From IMG/VR virus record IMGVR_UViG_3300042484_003756, positions 8,760 through 72,759 of that record: 64,000 nucleotides of DNA; one strand, 5' to 3'. Below the pieces are notes generated by a model. The model saw only the letters and a program-made list of their open reading frames with translations. It was not told the DNA's origin and made no database searches. The stretch comes from a virus. Of this stretch, positions 39,701-47,198 are shown one piece after another. The translations under genes were made by a program, and so were the position numbers. How positions within the stretch are numbered: position 1 is the stretch's first letter; each line of letters starts with the position of its first letter.

Positions 39701-41496
39701 ATTTTTCCAGAACCTTTAGTCGTTTGATAATTTGATTTTAAAGCTGGTGCAATTGGATATTTCAGCAAATTGTGCAAAAGTAAAGATTTTTTAAAACTAT
39801 TATTTTTGACATCTGAATAACTACTAGTTCCATAAGATTTGAAATTAGTAAATGGGGCTATCAAATCTATTCCTAGTTTGTCGTAAATATTTTTGTATTC
39901 TTCACTTCTAGTAAAAGTTGTCATTGAAATAACTTCTTGCAAAGTATCATTTATCAAATCACTATCACCAATAGGAGAAATTGCAAAGTTATCTGCTTTT
40001 CTATCTATATGAATTATCGAAGCATTGTTTAGATTATATGTTGTAGCAGTCTTATTCTTAATTGTTCCTGAAGTTTTAAATGACGGGTATGAAAGAATTA
40101 TTTTTGCAATAATATCGTAATCATTGTCAATTGGTGGATAGTTTTCAAAATCATACCAATCTACTGGCACTGATTCTTGAGGCATTGCTTTTCCAAAAAA
40201 CAGATAAAAATCAATGTCTCCATTCTCATACTGATTTCCAGAAATAATATTTTTAGTAGCAATAATCACTGGAAGATATTCAAAGTTATTTAATGAAACA
40301 TAATTTGCTAACGAGTTTGTATCTCCAGTTGCACTAAAAGTTTCAGGATATAAATATCTAAAAGGCTCTGTTGTTGTTATATAATCCCCATCAAAATATT
40401 TTTGGTTAGTTTTGCTTCTTGAAAAAAGATATACATTTGTATCATTTACACCTGTTTTATCAAATGTAAGATAATTTTTTATATCTTTTTGTAAGTAAGT
40501 TTTTCTAGGGAAAATATTCCAAGTTGAATTTAGATTACTTGAATTAAAAGTAACAGCAGTTCCAGAAGTATATGTTGGGTATGTAGATAAAAAATTTACA
40601 TCATGTGTGTCCCAATAGAATGCTAAATGATACCAATAATCTGCTGTCCAAGTAGATGGTGTTTTTACTTTGAACAAATAATGATCTTTAATTCTATCTG
40701 TTGACGAACCTATAGATGAAACTTCAGAAACATTGTAAGCAAGATAAGTTAAAGCTAATCCCGCCATACTTCCTCCTAAAGAGAAAGTTGATCCGATGCC
40801 TTGAGTTTTAAGAAATGTATGAGAAGCAATACCCAAATCTTTTGGAGTATTGGTATATGGATTTATAAATTGTGCGCTTTCAAAATAAGACTTTGGAATT
40901 ATTATGTGCGCTTCATTATTAGAATCTGTTCCTGTATTTTTGACAGAAATCCATCTTGAAGAATTGAATAAGTTTACTCTTTGATAAATACTTCCATTCC
41001 ATCTTACGGGATAGTCGTAATTAGTTCTTTCTGAACCATTACTTGGCTCAGAATTTATGTTGTAAATTATGTAAGAAGTATTTGCATTTCCAGCTGCATT
41101 ATATGGTGGTAAATAATACTGCCAAGCATTGTAGTCCCAAACATCCCATCCTTCTGTGGCTGGAGGATTGTAATATTGAGGTGTCCAGTTGCCAGTATTT
41201 GCAAAGCTAGCAATTTTTGAGTCTACTGTATATTTACCACCTTGAAAACCAAAAGAAATATTGTCGTCAGAACCAAAAGTTTGGTAAGGTTTTGTAGTAA
41301 GCCCTTGCGGTGTAAGTCCAGCTAAATCATAGTCGTGAAAGATTGTTGATCCTCTAAACTTAACGACAATTCTCTCATAATCCAAAAAATAACCGTGATT
41401 TAAAGACAAATTACCAATCAAATCTTTATAAGCATGTTTCGCTTTTCCGATTTGATTTATTATAAATTCAAGGCCTTTTTTGGATACGAGACTCAT
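36793..41496 (-). CDS. Large virion structural protein with a C-terminal PA14-like domain
   Basis: 1567 aa, N/S/T/Y-rich. The C-terminal FDFKVTTNGGIKLYINN..ISNW..ISLELQF..LKLEW segment fits a PA14-like pattern. Confidence 0.6.
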   Translation of the reverse strand: MSLVSKKGLEFIINQIGKAKHAYKDLIGNLSLNHGYFLDYERIVVKFRGSTIFHDYDLAGLTPQGLTTKPYQTFGSDDNISFGFQGGKYTVDSKIASFANTGNWTPQYYNPPATEGWDVWDYNAWQYYLPPYNAAGNANTSYIIYNINSEPSNGSERTNYDYPVRWNGSIYQRVNLFNSSRWISVKNTGTDSNNEAHIIIPKSYFESAQFINPYTNTPKDLGIASHTFLKTQGIGSTFSLGGSMAGLALTYLAYNVSEVSSIGSSTDRIKDHYLFKVKTPSTWTADYWYHLAFYWDTHDVNFLSTYPTYTSGTAVTFNSSNLNSTWNIFPRKTYLQKDIKNYLTFDKTGVNDTNVYLFSRSKTNQKYFDGDYITTTEPFRYLYPETFSATGDTNSLANYVSLNNFEYLPVIIATKNIISGNQYENGDIDFYLFFGKAMPQESVPVDWYDFENYPPIDNDYDIIAKIILSYPSFKTSGTIKNKTATTYNLNNASIIHIDRKADNFAISPIGDSDLINDTLQEVISMTTFTRSEEYKNIYDKLGIDLIAPFTNFKSYGTSSYSDVKNNSFKKSLLLHNLLKYPIAPALKSNYQTTKGSGKITISSGNNVVIGNLSKFTTEITEGDYLYSSDGMSLYGQVLSIINDNYLTLEENYKTTVDNQFYGVKNSPLETEPINIEVQETGANAMISWLTKPPTTLAFKYDENGMTLKNINFENNTEFEFYQEFSNTQGELDQENNGNRLTKDYSFSIVFENSSSDKFIKNIKLNSSKFFITDDEYTNRQKKNLSTSGYFKQGSQTEKTSNSPGTFNSIEEYRLFGSAAIIPNMQMGESRAILTKQVQPVDQTKQTKSDFISNLKLSNPNITEAEIQDKISDYELTKSFYTPDSSQFSNTFSNIKEIGMTVSNYRYNKNIHWISNYNEVTGGEKDFKTFTAQNLLDLRSDSFLISIAGYSTSDTSINNLENVFKQQISIIDATNIIQDTKGGYKSVNYNRFAFKITPNDYQNIKSLKIRLQSLAVCNNPDAYIQCSIWDNKNGLPNSKLITGSKVFYKSIKNILDDVYFYVNYSLTKSRTYWIVFDSNTNPPNYDSKTLGLVSVSGTAVSGLYNPSKNTTADFNKYQKYASIGFGSSSYSDISTWYEIASIGSSSSMTISESAGTSTNQNYVIKYDLRLQIQESASPTATNIAFYDGYSWTSSTGTPYVIFYGLDDEIYAAFNRDFNNSSLVLPEPNKTRANNTDYYVDEFWSINNQELFTPSQLYIYPRSFVSRVTAIGATGTSGTNLLYIPEENFDTSVMVGIAVTSNVITSGTAITNLIYDSINNNYKIYLSSNLSGSANTHYFGDNLNRYIKRANDIHLYLKYFVNNQLQTTYVKLDKSPTWIAQWYSKSSWNYLELDSNDMSNITSAHYNINFDNFSGLGQTNYFNGYAIGDFTTQSSLGSTFDFKVTTNGGIKLYINNEEKPYISNWKNKTSTSFTTSYVATGSSQPISLELQFNNYQNIHNLKLEWRKTGSTTWQDVDSSFYQDSSVSPILIDSNKIEKLSYLVVGKTLDEINDQYYGFPLTDKIVIRNK

Positions 41497-41498
41497 TG

Positions 41499-42275
41499 TT
41501 AATATGCAGTTGTTGGTACATTATCTGGACCAAAATAAATTTGTCTGACTAATTCTTTAGCTGTTATTGTGATACTGCCACTTCTAAAAAGTTGTTTACC
41601 TGTAGCGTCATCTGAAGATTTTATATCATTGCAAAGCACATCGTATAACATTCTGATAGGCTCAACACTATCTGCTTGCATTCTCAATATGTTATTTTTT
41701 GCTTTTGTTGATAAATTTGTTACAGTAGTTCCTACTCCAACATCGTTATACATTCTGATAAATGCTTCTGCTGCTTTTCCAGAATCAGGTAAAGTTGGTG
41801 CAGCAAGAGTAGCAGGATGTGTTTCTGACCAAAGAGTGTTGAACTCATTTGTAACAGTTGTAGCGTACGAACTCAAAATATTATTGTGATCTACTGTAAA
41901 GTGAGCTGGAGAAAGCGTAAATTTCTCGCAAATTGGACAAGTTTCAACTACCCAAATTCTTCTGTGTTTTCTTAATATTGATAAAATAATTCTAGTTGCT
42001 TCTTGGGTGACTCTTTCTGTAGTTTCAATATTATCAGCACCAACATTAACTTCAATATTAACATTATGCTCATATTCCTGTAATCCAAAAGAAATGTCTT
42101 TAAGCGGAGAACTTGCACCTTTGAAAACTATAGCTATTCCATTAGGTCTTACTGCAGCTTCGCCAATATAAAATCCAGATACTGTGCGATCAAAAATTAC
42201 CGCTTCACCTTTAGCATTTTTTGGCAACTCATGGAATAAGATGCCTCTCAAGGTATCATAAACTCTTTCAAGCAT
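41499..42275 (-). CDS. Putative tail completion/terminator protein with a CxxC insertion
   Basis: Follows the DUF1320-like connector gene; contains a CPICEK..H insertion. Positional call. Confidence 0.45.
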   Translation of the reverse strand: MLERVYDTLRGILFHELPKNAKGEAVIFDRTVSGFYIGEAAVRPNGIAIVFKGASSPLKDISFGLQEYEHNVNIEVNVGADNIETTERVTQEATRIILSILRKHRRIWVVETCPICEKFTLSPAHFTVDHNNILSSYATTVTNEFNTLWSETHPATLAAPTLPDSGKAAEAFIRMYNDVGVGTTVTNLSTKAKNNILRMQADSVEPIRMLYDVLCNDIKSSDDATGKQLFRSGSITITAKELVRQIYFGPDNVPTTAY

Positions 42276-42284
42276 TTATTTCAC

Positions 42285-42779
42285 CTATTGACTTTGGCCT
42301 TTTGAACGTTTGCCTTCTGTCGGGTTGCTTACAACGCCTCTCAGTGTAGATCTAACAAATCTATCTCCACGAGTATTTCTCTGTCCAAATAGTCTAATTT
42401 CGCCATTTTGAATTCTAACAATTTCATTTTGAGCAAAATCAAACCTAACTTTTTGTGATTCAGAGTATTGTGGATCAGCTCCTTGAAGTGCTTGCATATA
42501 ATACATTTGAGCTGACAATATCGCACAAATAACTGGTACTGGGTGAGGATAAGATACATCTCCCCCAATATTTATTTGCTTCAAAGGAACATCGTACATA
42601 GTAGCAAGATTAGCATCAATTTCCGCAGATGCCTGTTGAATAAAAAAATCTAAATTAATATTTGATGCAGATTCAGGAGTAGGATTTCTAAAATTAGGGA
42701 TTGGATTATCTCCCTCTGTTACGACATTCGGTGGAAGATATTGCTTGACATCATTTGTTGTGCAGTAAGAACGTGGCAT
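42285..42779 (-). CDS. Head-tail connector, Mu gp36/DUF1320-like
   Basis: SYCTTNDV, IQQASAEIDANL..YDVPL and RFDFAQNEIVRIQNGEIRL pattern. Confidence 0.7.
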   Translation of the reverse strand: MPRSYCTTNDVKQYLPPNVVTEGDNPIPNFRNPTPESASNINLDFFIQQASAEIDANLATMYDVPLKQINIGGDVSYPHPVPVICAILSAQMYYMQALQGADPQYSESQKVRFDFAQNEIVRIQNGEIRLFGQRNTRGDRFVRSTLRGVVSNPTEGKRSKGQSQ

Positions 42780-43459
42780 TACACTACTCCTATTTGTGGT
42801 TTTAAATATTTGGGTGTAAAATCAACACCCTCATCACCTTGTAAAAATCCCATTTCTTGTGCTGTTTTTCTTTGCATCAAGGTAAAAACATTTGAATCAT
42901 CTAATTCATTTGCTGATGTCGATCCTGAATTTACAAATCTTGGAAAATCAATGTCAACATCTCTATAGCCACCTGATTTTGCATTAAAAATTTCAACTCC
43001 GTCAGGGGCAAATTTACTTCCTTGCAATCTATTTAAGGTTATGGCTAGTTTTGAGTTGACATTTGTAGCTAATACAAATCCATTGTTATCATGAACATAA
43101 CCACAAACCTTATCGATTGAAAGATTCATTGGTACTGGTTTTAATAAATTGTAAATATACAATTCTTCTTTGCCAGAACAGTTATAAGTTTGCCCAGACA
43201 CAACTACTAAATCCATTTGTTGTTGCTGGGCCATTTGTTTTGCTTTCAATCCTACGTAAGGTGCATCTGGAGAAAGAATTCCAACAATATCCAATCCATT
43301 AATGATTGCTGAAGTAAGAATTGATTTTATAGTTGAATTTAAGTAGTCTTCGTTTGAGAAAGCTTCTTCTTTGTCAATAAATACGCACAAATCAACTCTT
43401 AAGACATTTTTTCTAATGGCTGTGCATTCTTTTGCTATGTGATACCAGGAGCGTTCCAT
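42779..43459 (-). CDS. Degenerate PHP-domain protein (metal ligands apparently lost)
   Basis: The PHP scaffold is recognisable (RVDL.., GLDIVGI, VHDNNGFVLA, DGVEIFNA, GS) but the HxH, TDH, HP and DxH ligands are absent. Confidence 0.55.
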   Translation of the reverse strand: MERSWYHIAKECTAIRKNVLRVDLCVFIDKEEAFSNEDYLNSTIKSILTSAIINGLDIVGILSPDAPYVGLKAKQMAQQQQMDLVVVSGQTYNCSGKEELYIYNLLKPVPMNLSIDKVCGYVHDNNGFVLATNVNSKLAITLNRLQGSKFAPDGVEIFNAKSGGYRDVDIDFPRFVNSGSTSANELDDSNVFTLMQRKTAQEMGFLQGDEGVDFTPKYLKPQIGVV

Positions 43460-43493
43460 AATAAAGAAAATACTAGGTCTTGGCTCTTTTTAC

Positions 43494-44042
43494 CTATCTT
43501 TTCTTGCCGCAATCTGGACAGAACTTTTCCATTGCAGGAAAACTGAATCCACACTCTGTGCAAAATTTTGGCATTTGAGCAGTACCGCATTCGAGACAGA
43601 ACTTGGCATCTTTTGGAAGATTATACATACAGTCTTTGTTAGCGCAACTTTTGAACCACTGATTTTCAGCTTGCTTATGTTCAGTAGTCCCATCCATCTC
43701 GTCTAGTTCAGAAATCAAATCTGCAATATTGACTGTATTTGGAACTATTGGGCTCTTTTCCAAAATCCGAACTTCATTTGTTGGTTCTTCATGTTCAGAT
43801 GTCTTCAGAATAGGTTGTTTTTCTGCCCATTTTTGAAATTCTGGACTGTCGAAAAGACTTTGCTTTGGTTCTGCACTAATATCACCAGATTCATCGATTT
43901 TTAGATCAATTTCTTGCTCTGACATTTCCATCTCATCCCCAAGCACTGTATGTCCAAATTTATTAACTTTTGGCTTGGGGAGATCTTCACGATGAGGGTT
44001 TGTAAATGAAGCTCGTAATACTTTGATCTGATCGTCGTCCAT
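43494..44042 (-). CDS. Double zinc ribbon protein
   Basis: C-terminal CANKDC..FCLECG..FCTECG..FCPDCG. Confidence 0.8.
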   Translation of the reverse strand: MDDDQIKVLRASFTNPHREDLPKPKVNKFGHTVLGDEMEMSEQEIDLKIDESGDISAEPKQSLFDSPEFQKWAEKQPILKTSEHEEPTNEVRILEKSPIVPNTVNIADLISELDEMDGTTEHKQAENQWFKSCANKDCMYNLPKDAKFCLECGTAQMPKFCTECGFSFPAMEKFCPDCGKKR

Positions 44043-44048
44043 AAACTA

Positions 44049-44055
44049 ATTTTAC
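44049..44055 (-). promoter_or_regulatory. -10 element (GTAAAAT), putative leaderless promoter
   Basis: The minus strand reads GTAAAAT-tagttt-ATG(44042); no SD. Confidence 0.5.
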
Positions 44056-44058
44056 AGA

Positions 44059-44475
44059 CTATTGTTTCTTTTTGTCGTCTCTTCTTTCATATTTGAAGCT
44101 AACTACTTCAAAAGAATTAGATTCTGACTCATTGCCTGCAGCAAACTCTTTTGCAGTGTCTGAATGACTTTCAATCGATTGCAATATTTTTGACATTAAT
44201 TGTGTATCGGGAATTGGTCCATTATGCTTTGCTTTGATTTCCACTGCAAAGCTATGAATTGTTCCATCATCGTCTACAACGCTTACGCTTGGACGTGGCT
44301 TTGCAAATGTTTGGATATTTGGATTCATTCCAGTATCAATTGTTGAATCTTCAGTTTCCATAGGCTCATTTGCTCCAAGATCAAAAACTGCATCATTAAT
44401 TTTGTCACCAAGCTCTGGATTAACTTGTGCTACTCTTGTTTTGATGTCATCTAAAACCCTTATTACTCTATTCAT
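44059..44475 (-). CDS. Hypothetical protein
   Basis: 138 aa with an AAGGA RBS and an RVAQ motif near the N-terminus. Confidence 0.7.
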   Translation of the reverse strand: MNRVIRVLDDIKTRVAQVNPELGDKINDAVFDLGANEPMETEDSTIDTGMNPNIQTFAKPRPSVSVVDDDGTIHSFAVEIKAKHNGPIPDTQLMSKILQSIESHSDTAKEFAAGNESESNSFEVVSFKYERRDDKKKQ

Positions 44476-44628
44476 TTTCTGTCCTTTTAGTTTTTCACTT
44501 TTTTACACCCATTAATAATGGGAATTAAGATTTAATATAATTAAGTATATTAAAGATTATTAATTAAAGAAAATTTTAAAGATTTAAAATTCTTAATTAA
44601 ATTGTTGCTATAATAGCAATCTAACAAA

Positions 44629-45738
44629 TTACCCACCAGTACCAATATTCCATATATATCTGAAAAATCTACTTCTTCCTCCAGGCATATTAAATTCTGG
44701 TACAACAACTGATCTAATTCCAGGGTAGAAGGCAATTGGTAATTTTTCTAATAGTTTTTCAAATTCTTCTTTGTACATAGTAGCTGATTGACGTAAATCA
44801 TCAGTTATTTTTGCATCAGGATCTTCAATAAGTAATCTTCTTTGTCTGCTGGTCAAAGAAACTAGTAAACTTCTCAAGATGTAATATGCTGCTCCGTACA
44901 CTAAAGCAGGATCATAAAAGTAAGGAGCTAGTGAAACTGTTGGATATTTACTTGCACCAGGTTGAGAATTTATAGCTTGCAAAGCCATGTACAAACTTGA
45001 ATTCATATGGTCATTTGTAATCATTTTTATGCTGTACGAAACTAATACATTATCGTAACTATGAATGTTTACTGGATCTCCATTCGCATCAATAAAATAG
45101 ATATTTCCCATAAAATCATATTTCACCATCAATCCATTTGGATAATTGTTTCCATTTGTATATTGAGATTCATATCCATCTCTATTTTTAATGATTGGAT
45201 CAAATGTGGTATTTATTGTTGAGTAGATTGGAGTCGTTTCTGATAATTGAATTAATGGATCTCTGTCACCTTGATTTGATGGGCCACTAATTCTTATTTC
45301 TGGTTTTGGTACTGAATTCCAAAAAGGGAATGCAACTGAGCCAACGCTTCTATTTCTTCTAAAAATTACTTCTTCATCATAAATAGGAATGTTCAAAAGG
45401 TGCTCTAATTCGTATCTTAAACTACTTTTTACGAGCAATTCATCTCCTAGCATTGGGGATGATGTATTGAGCACATTTCCATTAGTATCTACTTCTTGAA
45501 TTCTGTAGTAGTCAGATGGAGATCCATTTGTGTCTACGCCTTCATTTGCAGGGAATGAAACTGTTGCAATAGTTGTGTATGTGCCTTCAAAATTAGAACT
45601 TTTTTGAATTTTGTAAAAGGCAACATTCTGAGTACCACTTCTTTCCCATTCAATAAAAATTCCTGGAAATGATGGTTGTGAGTTGTAATAAACTAAAGTA
45701 TTGTTGTTAAATGATTGAGCCGAAAAATCGTTTGCCAT
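44629..45738 (-). CDS. Putative neck/head-tail adaptor protein with an N-terminal Fn3-like segment
   Basis: GGAG RBS before ATG 45738; IEW..FYKIQKS..YYRI segment; helical C-terminus LYMALQAIN..LVYGAAYY; located in the neck module. Confidence 0.5.
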   Translation of the reverse strand: MANDFSAQSFNNNTLVYYNSQPSFPGIFIEWERSGTQNVAFYKIQKSSNFEGTYTTIATVSFPANEGVDTNGSPSDYYRIQEVDTNGNVLNTSSPMLGDELLVKSSLRYELEHLLNIPIYDEEVIFRRNRSVGSVAFPFWNSVPKPEIRISGPSNQGDRDPLIQLSETTPIYSTINTTFDPIIKNRDGYESQYTNGNNYPNGLMVKYDFMGNIYFIDANGDPVNIHSYDNVLVSYSIKMITNDHMNSSLYMALQAINSQPGASKYPTVSLAPYFYDPALVYGAAYYILRSLLVSLTSRQRRLLIEDPDAKITDDLRQSATMYKEEFEKLLEKLPIAFYPGIRSVVVPEFNMPGGRSRFFRYIWNIGTGG

Positions 45739-45747
45739 ATTTACTCC

Positions 45748-45784
45748 AAAAAAATAAAGGCCATCCAACTGGATAGCCTTTATT
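45748..45784 (-). terminator. Intrinsic terminator directly upstream of the RBS of the 45738 gene
   Basis: The minus strand reads AATAAAGGCTATCC-AGTT-GGATGGCCTTTATT followed by a T-tract, then GGAG. Confidence 0.7.
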
Positions 45785-45802
45785 CAGTCTAGATTAAATT
45801 TT

Positions 45803-46591
45803 CTAAACTCTTCTTATTGAGCCCTCTTCTCCACCGCCCATATCTGCCTCTAAATCAATTGCATCAGCGATAGAATCGTAGCCATCATCCTCTGGAGTAT
45901 CAAGATAATTGAAATCTGCACCAGCTACTCTTCTATCTCGATTGTAGTTAGTCATCTCAACTTCTCTAACGCTAGAGCCCTTTATTGCATCACTTGGTGG
46001 TTCTGCGACGAAAGCTCTACCTCTAGTTTCAACACCCGAGACTGAACTATTTGCATCAAGATTTTTTTGCTGAGCTAATAGTTGATTAATAATTCCAGGA
46101 TTTCGCTGAACTCTTTCTGCAAATTGTTCGACTGTAAGATCTTCACCCTGTAACTCTGATTGAGTTTGAGCAATATCTAAAGCCATTGCATAAGAAAGAG
46201 AATCATTTGCATATCCAGCAGTAGTTACATTGTTATCTTTATTAGGGTATGCTTTTTCTGCATCAATGCTTTCTGCTTCAATTGTTTTTCCGTCTACATC
46301 TACAGTTCGAAGATTTTTATTGCTTTGCTGCTTAAGGAGTTCTTTCTTTCCTTTGATTGCTGCTTTCTCTTCAATAGAGTCAAATTGTTCAGGAGAAATT
46401 TTTCTCAATAATCCAAGTCTAATTGAATTTCTCAAATCTTTAGAAGCTTTGACAACTTTAGGATCTTCCCAAGTTAAGTCAATAGCTTGTAATGGACCAA
46501 AATTCAATCTAATATCACTTACATAATGTGGTCCAAGAGTGACATTTTGTACGATAAATGATTCTGGCTCTTGATTTACACTTTCATTCAT
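45803..46591 (-). CDS. Hypothetical phage protein
   Basis: 262 aa with an AAGGA RBS; no recognisable motif. Confidence 0.7.
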   Translation of the reverse strand: MNESVNQEPESFIVQNVTLGPHYVSDIRLNFGPLQAIDLTWEDPKVVKASKDLRNSIRLGLLRKISPEQFDSIEEKAAIKGKKELLKQQSNKNLRTVDVDGKTIEAESIDAEKAYPNKDNNVTTAGYANDSLSYAMALDIAQTQSELQGEDLTVEQFAERVQRNPGIINQLLAQQKNLDANSSVSGVETRGRAFVAEPPSDAIKGSSVREVEMTNYNRDRRVAGADFNYLDTPEDDGYDSIADAIDLEADMGGGEEGSIRRV

Positions 46592-46595
46592 ATTT

Positions 46596-46940
46596 TTAAT
46601 CCTTTTTATTAACTGGCAAAGATGTTATACCGTCCAAACCTTCTTTTCCTGTCCAATATTCATTTGATTTGGATTCTCTTGAATTTGGATCATAGGAATT
46701 TTTTCTAACATTTTTTTGATCTTTGACAAATTCAGTCATTTGTTTTCTTTTTGGTGTTGTGCCAAATTGTTTTTCTTTAGCTGTAAGGCCATCTTGAACT
46801 GTAAAACTATTAAAAACTCTTTTAGCTTCACCATTTCCACAAGGACAAGGAATTACAGCTTTATAATCACTATAAGAAAGAGATATTGTGAAAGTTTTAG
46901 GTTCAGTATTACATTCGCAAACGTATTCGTATCTAGGCAT
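46596..46940 (-). CDS. FmdB-family zinc ribbon protein
   Basis: MPRYEYVCEC...CPCG..AKRVF N-terminal signature. Confidence 0.75.
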   Translation of the reverse strand: MPRYEYVCECNTEPKTFTISLSYSDYKAVIPCPCGNGEAKRVFNSFTVQDGLTAKEKQFGTTPKRKQMTEFVKDQKNVRKNSYDPNSRESKSNEYWTGKEGLDGITSLPVNKKD

Positions 46941-46967
46941 ATTTCGTTTTTGGAAAATTGATTTTAA

Positions 46968-46992
46968 AGGTATTTGTACAATATTTTTTGAA
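46968..46992 (+). promoter_or_regulatory. Putative late promoter AGGT-N18-GAA
   Basis: AAAGGT-N18-GAAAT in the divergent intergenic region, upstream of an AAGGAG RBS. Confidence 0.45.
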
Positions 46993-47016
46993 ATCTTATT
47001 AAAGGAGTACTCTAAA

Positions 47017-47193
47017 ATGAGTTCAGAAATTACAGACGCAGGAACTACCCATCATATGTATTGTGTTAAGTGCAGAACTATGGTTATGGTTTCAGGTCCA
47101 AAGAAAATTGTTATGAAGAGCAGCAGACACGCACTTCAAGGCAAGTGTCCTCACTGTTCTACATCTACTTTTAAAATTACAAAAGCAGAATAA
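47017..47193 (+). CDS. Small basic zinc-ribbon protein (DUF5679-like)
   Basis: AAGGAG RBS before ATG 47017; YCVKCR..MKSSR..LQGKCPHC..FKI. The ORF-track start at 46888 overlaps the divergent gene. Confidence 0.7.
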   Translation: MSSEITDAGTTHHMYCVKCRTMVMVSGPKKIVMKSSRHALQGKCPHCSTSTFKITKAE

Positions 47194-47198
47194 TTCTT

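Noticed and set aside
44476-44628. AT-rich intergenic region with short palindromes (CCCATTAATAATGGG, TTGCTATAATAGCAA) as an origin or ncRNA
   Set aside because: There are no iterons or extended structure, and short palindromes are expected at this AT content. The 44550-44735 ORF also looks spurious.
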